Source: an uncultured delta proteobacterium
Lineage (GTDB): Bacteria; Desulfobacterota; Binatia; Binatales; Binataceae
NCBI GenBank assembly: GCA_963808235.1
Contig: CAWEEQ010000004.1
Location: forward strand, 2,752,001-2,816,000
Direction of reading: 5' to 3'
DNA: 64,000 nt
Positions within the stretch are counted from its first letter, which is position 1, and each line of letters starts with the position of its first letter. The position numbers and the translations under genes were made by a program. Shown piece by piece: positions 1 to 9,107 of the stretch. The notes below the pieces were generated by a model. It made no database searches and was not told where the DNA came from. It saw only the letters and a program-made list of their open reading frames with translations.

Positions 1-1
1 C

Positions 2-271
2 GGCGCACCGTTTTGCGTCACCGCGTTCAGGCACGGCGAGGTTGAAGTCGACATCGACGGCAAGAAATTCCCGCTGTTCGGATCGAACTGGCCGGCCTTG
101 TGGGTGAACTGCGCCGGACTGCCGGGCGCGGTCGTTCCGGCCGGGAAAGATCGGGACGGCCTTCCGATCGGATTGCAGATCGTGGGCCGCGCTTTCGGCG
201 AGGAAACCGTTCTCGCAGTGGCCAAAGCCGCAGAGACCGCGCTCGGCGGATTCAAGCGACCGCCGCTCTAA
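2..271 (+). CDS. Amidase signature family protein, C-terminal fragment (truncated by window edge)
   Basis: Manual frame-2 translation: ...VNCAGLPGAVVPAGKDRDGLPIGLQIVGRAFGEETVLAVAKAAETALGGFKRPPL*, a typical amidase C-terminus (GLPxGxQxVG); TAA at 269-271. Confidence 0.8.
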   Translation, partial: GAPFCVTAFRHGEVEVDIDGKKFPLFGSNWPALWVNCAGLPGAVVPAGKDRDGLPIGLQIVGRAFGEETVLAVAKAAETALGGFKRPPL

Positions 272-274
272 TGG

Positions 275-1442
275 TCAGACGGCGAATCCGCCGCCGCGGC
301 CCAAGAGTGACGCGCCTGCGGCTGAGAGCCATGACTCGGCGACCGCAGCGTGCTGGGTCAGCGTCTGAATGTCGCGCATGCATCGCTGGAGCGGGGAGCC
401 GTCGTATGGAGAGGTGCCGCCGCCCGCTTTGTAGCATGAGTCGACCAGCGCGGCCGCGGTATGCGTTGCCCAGTTAATCGAGCCCATAACTATCGCCCGA
501 TCGGTCGGCGAAACCGGCTCACCCGCGAGTGCGTGATTCCAAACATCCTCGGCCTGGCTGCGAAGAAGGCCGCGCGCGGCGCGCAGACTCGCATCCGCGT
601 GCCCCACGCGATACTGAAATAGCGCAGAGTCGGCGAGCGACGAACTTGCGTAGAGGCGGCGCTTGTTGGTGTTGGCAAGCGTGACGATCTCGGTGACGGC
701 GCGCTGCGCAATTCCGATCGCGACGGTGCCGATGTGCAGCGCCGCATAGAGAAGCGGCTCCGCCGTCGAGGGACCCGGAATCGAGCTGCGGCCGAGGAAA
801 ATATCGAAACTGTCGTCGGCCGGCACCATGATATTTTCCACCGCGATGTCGTGGCTGCCGGTGCCGCGGAGTCCATTGACCGACCAGGTATCGAGGATTT
901 GCGCTTTGCCTGGCGCGAACATCATCGCGCGAACTTCCGGCGCTCCCGGAGCGGCGCCGGGACGCGGACTTTCCATTCTCGGTCACTACGCAGTTGCCGA
1001 ATAGCCACTGGCTATGCTGACATCCGCTCGCGAATCCCCATCGCCCCATGACGCGATACCCATGTTCCGCAACTTCGGCCTCGCCGCGAGGCGCAAAGGC
1101 ACCCGCAATGATAACGTCGGGGCCCTTCGCATAGAGCCGGTCGAACTGCGAGCGTTCGAGCAGCGCCAGCAACATCGGCGTTTCGGATCCGATCATCACA
1201 ACCCATCCGGTGGAACCATCGGCGCTCGCGAGTGTCTCGATGATTTCCATGCTGGCGGGCACATCAATATCGAGGCCTGCGTGACTTTTGGGGACGAACA
1301 TGCGGAAGCATCCGGCTGCAGTGAGTTGCGCGAGCAAATCGAGGGGGAGTCTGCGGCCGGAGTCGATCTCGGCGCTGCGTGAGCTGATCGATGGCGCGAG
1401 ATCGCGTACCGCTCCGAGCAGGGTTTTCGCTTCTGGTGTCAT
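275..1442 (-). CDS. Acyl-CoA dehydrogenase-fold flavin-dependent hydroxylase (HsaA-like), frameshifted near 968
   Basis: N-part from ORF 519..1442 (LASADGSTGW, GRWGFASGCQHSQW) continues in ORF 275..976 (DTWSVNGLRGTGSHD, LQRCMRDIQTLTQH) after removing one base near 968. Confidence 0.8.
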
Positions 1443-1566
1443 GCGCCTGATCTAACTGACGGCATTGCCGAGCGCCAGAACGGGTGTTTCACTGATTCAC
1501 ACTGGGAGAAACGACAGCGGCCAGGTCATCGTGACCCAGCCGCCCATGGTCGATCGTCAATTAGGA

Positions 1567-2571
1567 CTATGCCGACTTCTCAGCCTTTTCTGCGCGATCC
1601 GAATTGCCGTCGGCGCGCTCGCCACGGTCCATTCGCTCGCTGCGTGCGGTACGTTCCGCTTTCTCGCGGCCGGCGCCGGCTTTGGGAGAAATCCCGCTCG
1701 TGGTCAGCACCTCGATGAACTTGCGCACCGCGGGCGAGAGCTCGCGTCCGCGCTTGTAGATGATCGCGAGCGGCCGGAGGAAGGTGCCCTCCTGGAACTC
1801 GAGCATCTTGAGGGTGCCACGCATCACCTCGTTCTCGATAGTCATCCGCGGCACGATCGCGCATCCGAGCCCGATCTCCACGGCGCGCTTGATAGTCTCG
1901 ATATTGTCGAACTCGAGCGCGTAGTTCGGCTTGACGCCGTGATCGCGCAGAATCCGATCGGAGGCCTTGCGGGTCGGCATGTCGCGTTCGTACCCGACGA
2001 ACTTCTGCCCCTGCAACTGCCCGACGGCGACCTTGCTGTGCTTGGCAAGCGGATTGTCGGGCGGAACGCATAGCACGAGTTCGTCATGGCGAAACGCGAC
2101 CGCCACTATCTGGCTGCGCTTGGCTGGATAGGCTACGACGCCGAGATCGACTTTGCCCTCGATGAGGTCCTCGTAAATTTTGTTTGAGCGCAGGTACTCG
2201 AGATGCACATTGACTGCCGGGTAGGTGCGCAGAAACTCAGTCAGATAAGGCGGCAGCTCGTGCAGACCGACGCTGTACACGGTGCCGACGCGAATCGAGC
2301 CGGCGACCACCGAGCCGATTTCGCGGAGCCGATTCTCGAGTTCCAGGAATCGGCGCACGATCTCCTTGCTGGCGGTGTATAGAATCTGTCCCGCCGGGGT
2401 CGGTTTGACTCCGGCGCGTCCGCGTTCTATCAATCGGCAGTCGTACTTCTCTTCGAGACTTCGGACCTGCTGGCTGACCGCCGACTGGGTAACGAAATTT
2501 TGCGAGGCGGCATAAGAAAAGCTTCCACTTTCGATTATGTCGCAGAAGACCTTTAGCGTTTCAATGTGCAT
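1567..2571 (-). CDS. LysR-family transcriptional regulator
   Basis: MHIETLKVFCDIIESGSFSYAASQNFVTQSAVSQQVRSLE helix-turn-helix followed by a substrate-binding domain; start trimmed to ATG at 2571; divergent from the glutaryl-CoA dehydrogenase gene. Confidence 0.93.
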   Translation of the reverse strand: MHIETLKVFCDIIESGSFSYAASQNFVTQSAVSQQVRSLEEKYDCRLIERGRAGVKPTPAGQILYTASKEIVRRFLELENRLREIGSVVAGSIRVGTVYSVGLHELPPYLTEFLRTYPAVNVHLEYLRSNKIYEDLIEGKVDLGVVAYPAKRSQIVAVAFRHDELVLCVPPDNPLAKHSKVAVGQLQGQKFVGYERDMPTRKASDRILRDHGVKPNYALEFDNIETIKRAVEIGLGCAIVPRMTIENEVMRGTLKMLEFQEGTFLRPLAIIYKRGRELSPAVRKFIEVLTTSGISPKAGAGREKAERTARSERMDRGERADGNSDRAEKAEKSA

Positions 2572-2815
2572 ATGACTCGATTGATGTATAAGGCTACGTG
2601 ATACCCAAAAGCGAGGCAATGACAAGCGGGCCTAAGGAGTCTGCACCGGATAGAAAAGCTTGCGGAACCCGTAAGCCCTCGTCAATAGACGACAATACCG
2701 GCGCCAAGGATTCGGTCACCGAAAGAACCAATGACGATTTCGCGTCCGCTCTGGTCGTGGCATTCGGGAAATCGATACTCAGAGTATTATCAGGAAATCA
2801 GAAAGGGAGCGCAAG

Positions 2816-3985
2816 ATGGCGGATTTATTGAGAGACCTCGACTTTTTTCACTTAGACGATCTGCTCACCAATGAAGAAAAAATGGCGCGGGACACGACTA
2901 AGCGCTTCGTGGATCGCGAAATTCTGCCACAGATCGAGCAGCATTTTGCGAAGGAATCATTCCCGATGGCCCTAGTGCCGCAAATGGCCGAATTGGGAAT
3001 GTTCGGCGCGAATTTAAAGGGCTATGGATGTGCCGGCATGAACAACGTCGCCTATGGGTTGATCATGCAGGAACTCGAGGCGGGCGACTCGGGACTGCGC
3101 TCGTTCGCGTCGGTGCAAAGCGCGCTTTCGATGTACGCGATTTATGCCAACGGCAGCGAAGAACAGAAGCAGCGCTACTTGCCGGAAATGGCCAAGGGAA
3201 AATTGATCGGATGCTTCGGGCTGACCGAGCCGGACCACGGATCCGATCCAGGCGGAATGGAAACGCGCGCGCGGCGCGACGGCGACGGGTGGATTCTCAA
3301 CGGTACCAAGCGCTGGATCACGAACGGCTCAATCGCCGACGTGGCGATAGTATGGGCGAAGGTCGATGAGGGTATCACCGGATTCCTGGTCGAGAAAGGG
3401 ACGCCCGGATTTTCGACCCGCGACATCCATGGAAAATTTTCGATGCGCGCGTCGATCACGTCGGAGCTGATTTTGGAGGACGTGCGAATTCCGAAGACTG
3501 CGCATCTGGAAAAAGCGCGTGGGCTGAAGGGTCCGCTCGGATGTCTTACCCAGGCGCGCTACGGAATCGCGTGGGGCGCAATCGGCGCGGCGCGATCGTG
3601 CTACCAATGCGCGCTCGATTACACGAAATCGCGCAAGCAGTTCTCGCGGCCGCTGGCCGGCTATCAACTGGTGCAGGCAAAGCTGGTCAAGATGCTGACC
3701 GAGATCACCAAGGCGCAGATGGTTTGCCTGCGACTGGCGCATCTTAAGGATCAGGGCAAGATGCGTCCGGAGCACGTTTCGTTTGCGAAACGGAACAACG
3801 TTAACGAAGCGCTGAAGATAGCGCGCGACGCCCGCGACATGCTGGGCGCCAACGGAATCGTGAATGAGTACCCGGTCATCCGTCATATGCTCAATCTGGA
3901 GACGGTGAACACGTACGAGGGCACCTTCGACGTCCATACGTTGATTTTGGGCCGCGATATCACAGGCGAGAGTGCGTTCGACTAG
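2816..3985 (+). CDS. gcdH: Glutaryl-CoA dehydrogenase
   Basis: GCFGLTEPDHGSDPG, GTKRWITNG and HMLNLETVNTYEGTFDVHTLILGR motifs typical of the GCDH subfamily. Confidence 0.85.
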   Translation: MADLLRDLDFFHLDDLLTNEEKMARDTTKRFVDREILPQIEQHFAKESFPMALVPQMAELGMFGANLKGYGCAGMNNVAYGLIMQELEAGDSGLRSFASVQSALSMYAIYANGSEEQKQRYLPEMAKGKLIGCFGLTEPDHGSDPGGMETRARRDGDGWILNGTKRWITNGSIADVAIVWAKVDEGITGFLVEKGTPGFSTRDIHGKFSMRASITSELILEDVRIPKTAHLEKARGLKGPLGCLTQARYGIAWGAIGAARSCYQCALDYTKSRKQFSRPLAGYQLVQAKLVKMLTEITKAQMVCLRLAHLKDQGKMRPEHVSFAKRNNVNEALKIARDARDMLGANGIVNEYPVIRHMLNLETVNTYEGTFDVHTLILGRDITGESAFD

Positions 3986-4020
3986 CAGGCCTCGGAGAGA
4001 GTAATTTCCAGATCGGAGAA

Positions 4021-4389
4021 ATGACTATGATCAAATTGCGCGCGCTCAATCATGCGGCATTCAGAGTCAGCGACGTCGAAAAGGCGACCAGCTTTTACGA
4101 AAACGTGATCGGCTTGAAGCGGCTGCCGCGTCCGAACTTCGGCTTCGGCGGTGCGTGGTACGGGATCGGCAACAACGCGCTGCACATCATCTCGAGCGAG
4201 AATCGCGGCCAGAAACCCGACCCGCTTGGCGCACACGTTGCGTTCGATGTCGAAGATTTCGAAGAGACGAAGCGCACGCTCAAGGAAATGGGAATCGAGT
4301 TTCTCGAAGGGCCTAACATGGGCGCAGGCCGTCAACTGTGGGTGGTCGATCCTGACGGCAATACGGTCGAGCTAAGAACCGAGAAATAA
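4021..4389 (+). CDS. VOC/glyoxalase family protein
   Basis: LNHAAFRVSD..FY, HVAFDVED and DPDGNTVEL motifs. Confidence 0.88.
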   Translation: MTMIKLRALNHAAFRVSDVEKATSFYENVIGLKRLPRPNFGFGGAWYGIGNNALHIISSENRGQKPDPLGAHVAFDVEDFEETKRTLKEMGIEFLEGPNMGAGRQLWVVDPDGNTVELRTEK

Positions 4390-4401
4390 AACGGCTCGTT
4401 C

Positions 4402-5832
4402 CTAAACTCCCGCAAGCTTGCGCGCGTAGTCCGCGACGGTTTTGAAATCGTACTCGCGATACGCTTGCAGCTTTTCCGCTTCGAATCCGCCTTCCGCGTG
4501 CACTGCAAGCACTTCCTGGTAGCCGCCGAAATCTGACGAGGTCAAATCTCCGATCAGATTGAGCAGCCGCAGCCGCTTCTCCGCGTCGAAGCCTTTCGCA
4601 CCGCCCATGTACTTGAGCACGTAGGCTCTGGTTGCTTCGCTGGTCAGATCTTCGGCGGCGGGACCGGTGACCAGCAGACCGCCGGCAAGGTCCTGAACTA
4701 TTTGCACCGCCTGATGATAGTTGTGCGCGAAGTGATACTTGGCAACGTTGGTCAGCAGCGTATTGGGCACCGCGACCCCGTCTTCGAGCGTGCAGGTGCG
4801 CGCGGCATGCTCGATAAGTCCGCGCACCGTGGTGTGATACGCGGCGAGATGGGTCAGCTTATCGCGTACATGGCCGGCGCGCGAGATTCCGTTGGCCTCC
4901 GCAATCGCATGGCCCGCACCGGCCATCAGTTCTAGCAACGGCAGTTTGTACGACACGGCGGTGAAGCGATGGAAGCGCACAAAGGTGAGTGCGAGCAATC
5001 CCGCGAAATCGATCTCGCCTTGCAGGAACACGCGCTCGTTGGGCACGAACACGTCGTCGAAGACGGTCAGGGTCTCCATCATTTTGTGGCGGGAGCTGAT
5101 CGGATGCTCGAAATCATTTTTGTGCGAGCTTCCGTGCGGCGACGCGAGCAGCTTCAGCCCCGGCGTGTTGACCGGGATCGCGAACGCGACCGCGTAGTCC
5201 TTGTCCTCGGCGCGCATCGCGCGCGTCGGCAGCACGATCACCTCGTTGGTGTTGGTCGAGACGCTGGTGTGGACCTTTGCGCCGCGCACGACGATTCCGT
5301 CAGGACGCTGCTCGACGATTCGCACGTAGTAATCCGGATGATCCTGCTGGGTCGGCCCAAGTGCGCGATCGCCCTTGACGTCGGTCTGCGCCACGGCGAC
5401 GGCGAGATCGTTGTCGCGGCAGTGGCGATAGTACTTGTTGATGCGGTCGCGATACTCAGGCTTGCCGGCACCGGCAAGCCGCTCGCCAACAATACGCAGC
5501 GCGAGCAGCGCGTCGGTGCCTATTTCCTTGATCAGCACGACCAGGGTCGCGCCCTCGCGGGTCGAGGCCGCGATCAGCGCGCTACGCTTGAGGAGGTCGT
5601 CGCCATTTTTCGGAACATGGTAGTAGCGGCTGTATTCTTCGCCGCCCTCCTTCACGACCGCGAGTTCGCGATACTCCGGATCCTCAGCCATCCGGTAGTC
5701 GAGCGCGGCATGCTCGACTGCGATTCCGATCACCGGATGCGTGGTGACGTCGGCGACTTTTTCGCCCCTGAAATAAACCGCGCGACCGTCGCGCAACGAA
5801 CTCTTGTACTGTTCCGCCGTCCGTAGTCCCAT
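4402..5832 (-). CDS. 4-hydroxyphenylacetate 3-hydroxylase / 4-hydroxybutyryl-CoA dehydratase (HpaB/AbfD) family flavoprotein
   Basis: MGLRTAEQYKSSLRDGRAVYFRGEKV start, AQTDVKGDR, GIVVRGAKVH, VFDDVFVPNERVF; real start is ATG 5832 because the longer ORF overlaps the next gene antisense. Confidence 0.85.
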   Translation of the reverse strand: MGLRTAEQYKSSLRDGRAVYFRGEKVADVTTHPVIGIAVEHAALDYRMAEDPEYRELAVVKEGGEEYSRYYHVPKNGDDLLKRSALIAASTREGATLVVLIKEIGTDALLALRIVGERLAGAGKPEYRDRINKYYRHCRDNDLAVAVAQTDVKGDRALGPTQQDHPDYYVRIVEQRPDGIVVRGAKVHTSVSTNTNEVIVLPTRAMRAEDKDYAVAFAIPVNTPGLKLLASPHGSSHKNDFEHPISSRHKMMETLTVFDDVFVPNERVFLQGEIDFAGLLALTFVRFHRFTAVSYKLPLLELMAGAGHAIAEANGISRAGHVRDKLTHLAAYHTTVRGLIEHAARTCTLEDGVAVPNTLLTNVAKYHFAHNYHQAVQIVQDLAGGLLVTGPAAEDLTSEATRAYVLKYMGGAKGFDAEKRLRLLNLIGDLTSSDFGGYQEVLAVHAEGGFEAEKLQAYREYDFKTVADYARKLAGV

Positions 5833-5965
5833 CCTTAAGAATAACCTCGACTCAAGATTAATGCCGCTTTGAATCCGCGCCTCATGTGTTCGGTTGCGGC
5901 GGTTGCGAAAGGACAATATAGAAGCGCTGAGTGTTCGCTGTCCAACTGATGGAGGATGACGCGCA

Positions 5966-6742
5966 ATGGCGAGCGCAGGCAAGTTCGACTTGAGCGGCAA
6001 GGTCGCGGTCGTGACGGGCGGCAACGGCGGAATCGGGCGCGGAATTGCACTCGGGCTGGCCGAGGCGGGAGCGTCGGTCGCAGTGCTGGCACGCAACGAG
6101 GAGCGCAATCGCAGTACGGTCGCGGAGCTGAAAAAGATTGGCCGGCCGGCGATGACGCTCAAGCTCGATGTATCGAAACGCAAGCTCCTGAAGCCGACGC
6201 TCGAAGAAGTGGAACGCGGACTCGGCCCGATCGACATCCTGGTCAACAACGCAGCGTTCGCGATTTTGAAAAGTCTGTTCGATCACGACGAAGATGACTG
6301 GGACTCGGTGATGGAGACAAATCTCACGGCGTGTTTCCTGCTTTCGAAATATGCGGCGATGTCGATGATCCCGCGCAAAGCCGGCAAGATAATCAACGTC
6401 GCGAGCATCGGTGGGTACAAAGGCACGCCAATTTATCCTTCTTACGGAGTCAGCAAGGGCGGCCTGCTCCAGCTTTCGCGATGCCTCGCGATCGAGCTGG
6501 CGCCGCACAATATACAAGTCAATTCAATCGCGCCCGGATGGACGACGACCGACATGACCCACTGGATCCGCAACGATCCGAAGTACGCAGCGGTTAAAGA
6601 TGAAATGATCTTGCGGACGCCGGCGGGACGCTTCGCGGAGCCGTCGGAGATTGCGGGGGCGGCGGTGTTCCTGGCGTCGCAAGCGTCGGATTTCGTCACC
6701 GGCGCCGATATTATCGTCGATGGCGGTTTCTTCATCCGCTGA
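5966..6742 (+). CDS. Short-chain dehydrogenase/reductase (KduD/gluconate 5-dehydrogenase-like)
   Basis: TGGNGGIG, LVNNA, YGVSK (YxxxK), VTGADIIVDGG. Confidence 0.92.
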   Translation: MASAGKFDLSGKVAVVTGGNGGIGRGIALGLAEAGASVAVLARNEERNRSTVAELKKIGRPAMTLKLDVSKRKLLKPTLEEVERGLGPIDILVNNAAFAILKSLFDHDEDDWDSVMETNLTACFLLSKYAAMSMIPRKAGKIINVASIGGYKGTPIYPSYGVSKGGLLQLSRCLAIELAPHNIQVNSIAPGWTTTDMTHWIRNDPKYAAVKDEMILRTPAGRFAEPSEIAGAAVFLASQASDFVTGADIIVDGGFFIR

Positions 6743-6766
6743 AAACGGTCGGAGACGCATTCAAAA

Positions 6767-7531
6767 ATGGCAGCGCCAAAAATGTTCGACTTGAGCGGTG
6801 AGGTTGCCGTCGTTACCGGCGGCAACGGCGGAATCGGGCGTGGAATCGCTCTCGGTCTCGCGGAGGCAGGAGCGTCGGTCGCGATCCTCGCGCGCAACCA
6901 GGAGAAAAACAGCGCGGTGCTGGCGGAGATCGAAAAACTCGGCGCCAGGGGAATCGCGGTGCAGCTCGACGTGACCAATCGTGACGCGCTGCGGCCGGCG
7001 ATGGAAACCGTCGAGCGCGAACTGGGGCCGATTTCGATCCTGATCAACAACGCGGGAATCACGGTAATCCGCAGCGCGTTGAAATTCAGGGCCGAGGATT
7101 GGGACCGGGTCATCGAGACCAATCTCAATTCGTGCTTTTTCCTGTCGCAGATCGCGGCGCGATCGATGATGACCCGCAAGCGCGGCAAAATTATCAACAT
7201 CGCGAGCGAGTACTCGCGATTCGGCGCGCAAAGCGGAATTCCCTATGCGGCGGCAAAAGGCGGGCTGGTGCAAACCACCAAGACGATGGCGATTGAACTG
7301 GCGCCGCACAATATCCAGGTCAACGCGATCGTGCCGGGATGGATCGAAACTGACCTGACGATTCCGGCGCAGAGTGGCCCCTTCTTCGACGAGATAATCA
7401 TGCGCACGCCGGCGAAACGTTTCGGCAAGCCCGAGGAGATGGCTGGCAGCGCAATGTTCCTCGCCTCGCACGCGTCGGACTTCGTGACCGGTTCGATCGT
7501 TTACGTGGACGGCGGTTACGCAATCAGGTGA
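6767..7531 (+). CDS. Short-chain dehydrogenase/reductase, tandem paralog of the previous gene
   Basis: TGGNGGIG, INNAG, YAAAK, VTGSIVYVDGG; N-terminus nearly identical to 5966..6742. Confidence 0.92.
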   Translation: MAAPKMFDLSGEVAVVTGGNGGIGRGIALGLAEAGASVAILARNQEKNSAVLAEIEKLGARGIAVQLDVTNRDALRPAMETVERELGPISILINNAGITVIRSALKFRAEDWDRVIETNLNSCFFLSQIAARSMMTRKRGKIINIASEYSRFGAQSGIPYAAAKGGLVQTTKTMAIELAPHNIQVNAIVPGWIETDLTIPAQSGPFFDEIIMRTPAKRFGKPEEMAGSAMFLASHASDFVTGSIVYVDGGYAIR

Positions 7532-7583
7532 GTCTTGTCGATCTGTTTAACCAGGAGCGCGCCGCAACATAAGATGCCGCATT

Positions 7584-9107
7584 ATGGCTCGACGCAAAAA
7601 TCGCGCATCGGCGCATCCTGAACCGCCGCCTCACGACTTAAGCCTGCCGGCGCTGAAGCCTCTGCGGGTGCTGGTCGCAGGCGAGGTGATTCTGGATCGT
7701 TACATCTGGGGTGATGTCGCGCGGATATCACCCGAGGCGCCGATTCCGATTCTGCGCGTGCAGCGGCGCGAGGAGAAGCCGGGCAACGCCGGATTCGTGA
7801 TGGCGAATCTGCGCGCCCTCGGCGCCGACGTGATCGCACTCAGCGTGGTCGGCGCGGATCGCAACGGACGGATGCTGCGCGAGATTTTCGCCGACTTGGG
7901 AATCGCAACCCGCTCGATTCTGACCGACCCCGATCGTCCAACAATCGTGAAAGACCGGATGCTCGGCAGCGTGCAGGCGGCTCATCGCGCGACTCAGCAA
8001 CTGCTCCGGATCGATGAGGAAGATCCGCAGCCGCTCAAGCCCGCGCGCGAGCGCGAGCTGATTGCGCGGCTGAAGTCGGCCTTGCGCGAGTGCGATGGCG
8101 TGCTGGTTTCCGATATCGACAAGGGGATGCTCACGCCGGCGGTGCTACGGGCGCTTATCGACGGCGGACGGGCACGCGGTATTCCGGTGATAATCGATCC
8201 GCGCCGCACCGATGACTTCTCGATCTATCGCGGCGCCACTGCGCTCACGCCCAATCGGCACGAGACCGAAATTGCGACCGGGATGCGGCTGACGGATCGC
8301 GGCGCATGGCGGCTGGCGGCCGAGACGTTGGTGCGCAAGCTCGATCTTGACGCCTGCCTGATAACACTCGATCGCGACGGGATGTATCTCGCGGAGCGGG
8401 GTGGACGCGACACTTACGTGCCGACCGCGCCGCGCGAGGTCTACGACGTGACCGGCGCGGGCGACGTGGTGATGAGCGTGTTCGGGCTGTTTACGATCGC
8501 GGGACTCGGATTTTCCTCGGCGGCGACGATTGCAAACCTGGCGGCGAGTATCGAAGTCACCCGAATCGGCACCGAGGTGATCACGCGCGAGGATCTGGCG
8601 CGCGCACTGTCGCCGGGGCATGACACCTACGAGCGCAAAATTCATTCGGTCGAGGAGCTCAGGACGGCGCTCGATCGCGAGCGGCGCGCGGGACGGCGGA
8701 TTGCGTTTACCAACGGATGCTTCGACTTGCTGCACGCGGGGCATATCCAGATCCTCGCGTTCGCACGCGCGCAAGGAGATCTGCTGGTGGTCGGTCTCAA
8801 CAGCGATCGCAGCGTACACGCGTTGAAGGGCGACTCGCGTCCGATCTATCCGGCCGCGGAACGCGCGCGGATCCTGGCCGCTCTGGAAGCTGTTGATTAC
8901 GTGGTGGTCTTCGACGAAACGCGCGCCGAGAAAATTATCCGCGCGGTCAAGCCGGACGTGCTGATCAAGGGCGAGGACTGGCGTGACAAGCGGGTCGACG
9001 GGCAGGCATTCGTCGAGGCGCGCGGCGGTCGAGTTGCGCTCGCGCCGTTGCTGGGCGGACGCAGCACCAGCGCGACTATCGATCGGATGAGTTCGGGGAA
9101 GAGTTAA
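7584..9107 (+). CDS. hldE: Bifunctional heptose 7-phosphate kinase / heptose 1-phosphate adenylyltransferase
   Basis: RISPEAPIP and VYDVTGAGD (PfkB kinase) plus FTNGCFDLLHAGH and GLNSDRSV (cytidylyltransferase-like domain). Confidence 0.93.
   Translation: MARRKNRASAHPEPPPHDLSLPALKPLRVLVAGEVILDRYIWGDVARISPEAPIPILRVQRREEKPGNAGFVMANLRALGADVIALSVVGADRNGRMLREIFADLGIATRSILTDPDRPTIVKDRMLGSVQAAHRATQQLLRIDEEDPQPLKPARERELIARLKSALRECDGVLVSDIDKGMLTPAVLRALIDGGRARGIPVIIDPRRTDDFSIYRGATALTPNRHETEIATGMRLTDRGAWRLAAETLVRKLDLDACLITLDRDGMYLAERGGRDTYVPTAPREVYDVTGAGDVVMSVFGLFTIAGLGFSSAATIANLAASIEVTRIGTEVITREDLARALSPGHDTYERKIHSVEELRTALDRERRAGRRIAFTNGCFDLLHAGHIQILAFARAQGDLLVVGLNSDRSVHALKGDSRPIYPAAERARILAALEAVDYVVVFDETRAEKIIRAVKPDVLIKGEDWRDKRVDGQAFVEARGGRVALAPLLGGRSTSATIDRMSSGKS

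Noticed and set aside
5833-6249. N-terminal extension of the 615-aa ORF, and likewise murJ extended to 11161 and nuoJ to 63741
   Set aside because: The extensions overlap neighbouring real genes, and family-typical starts lie downstream
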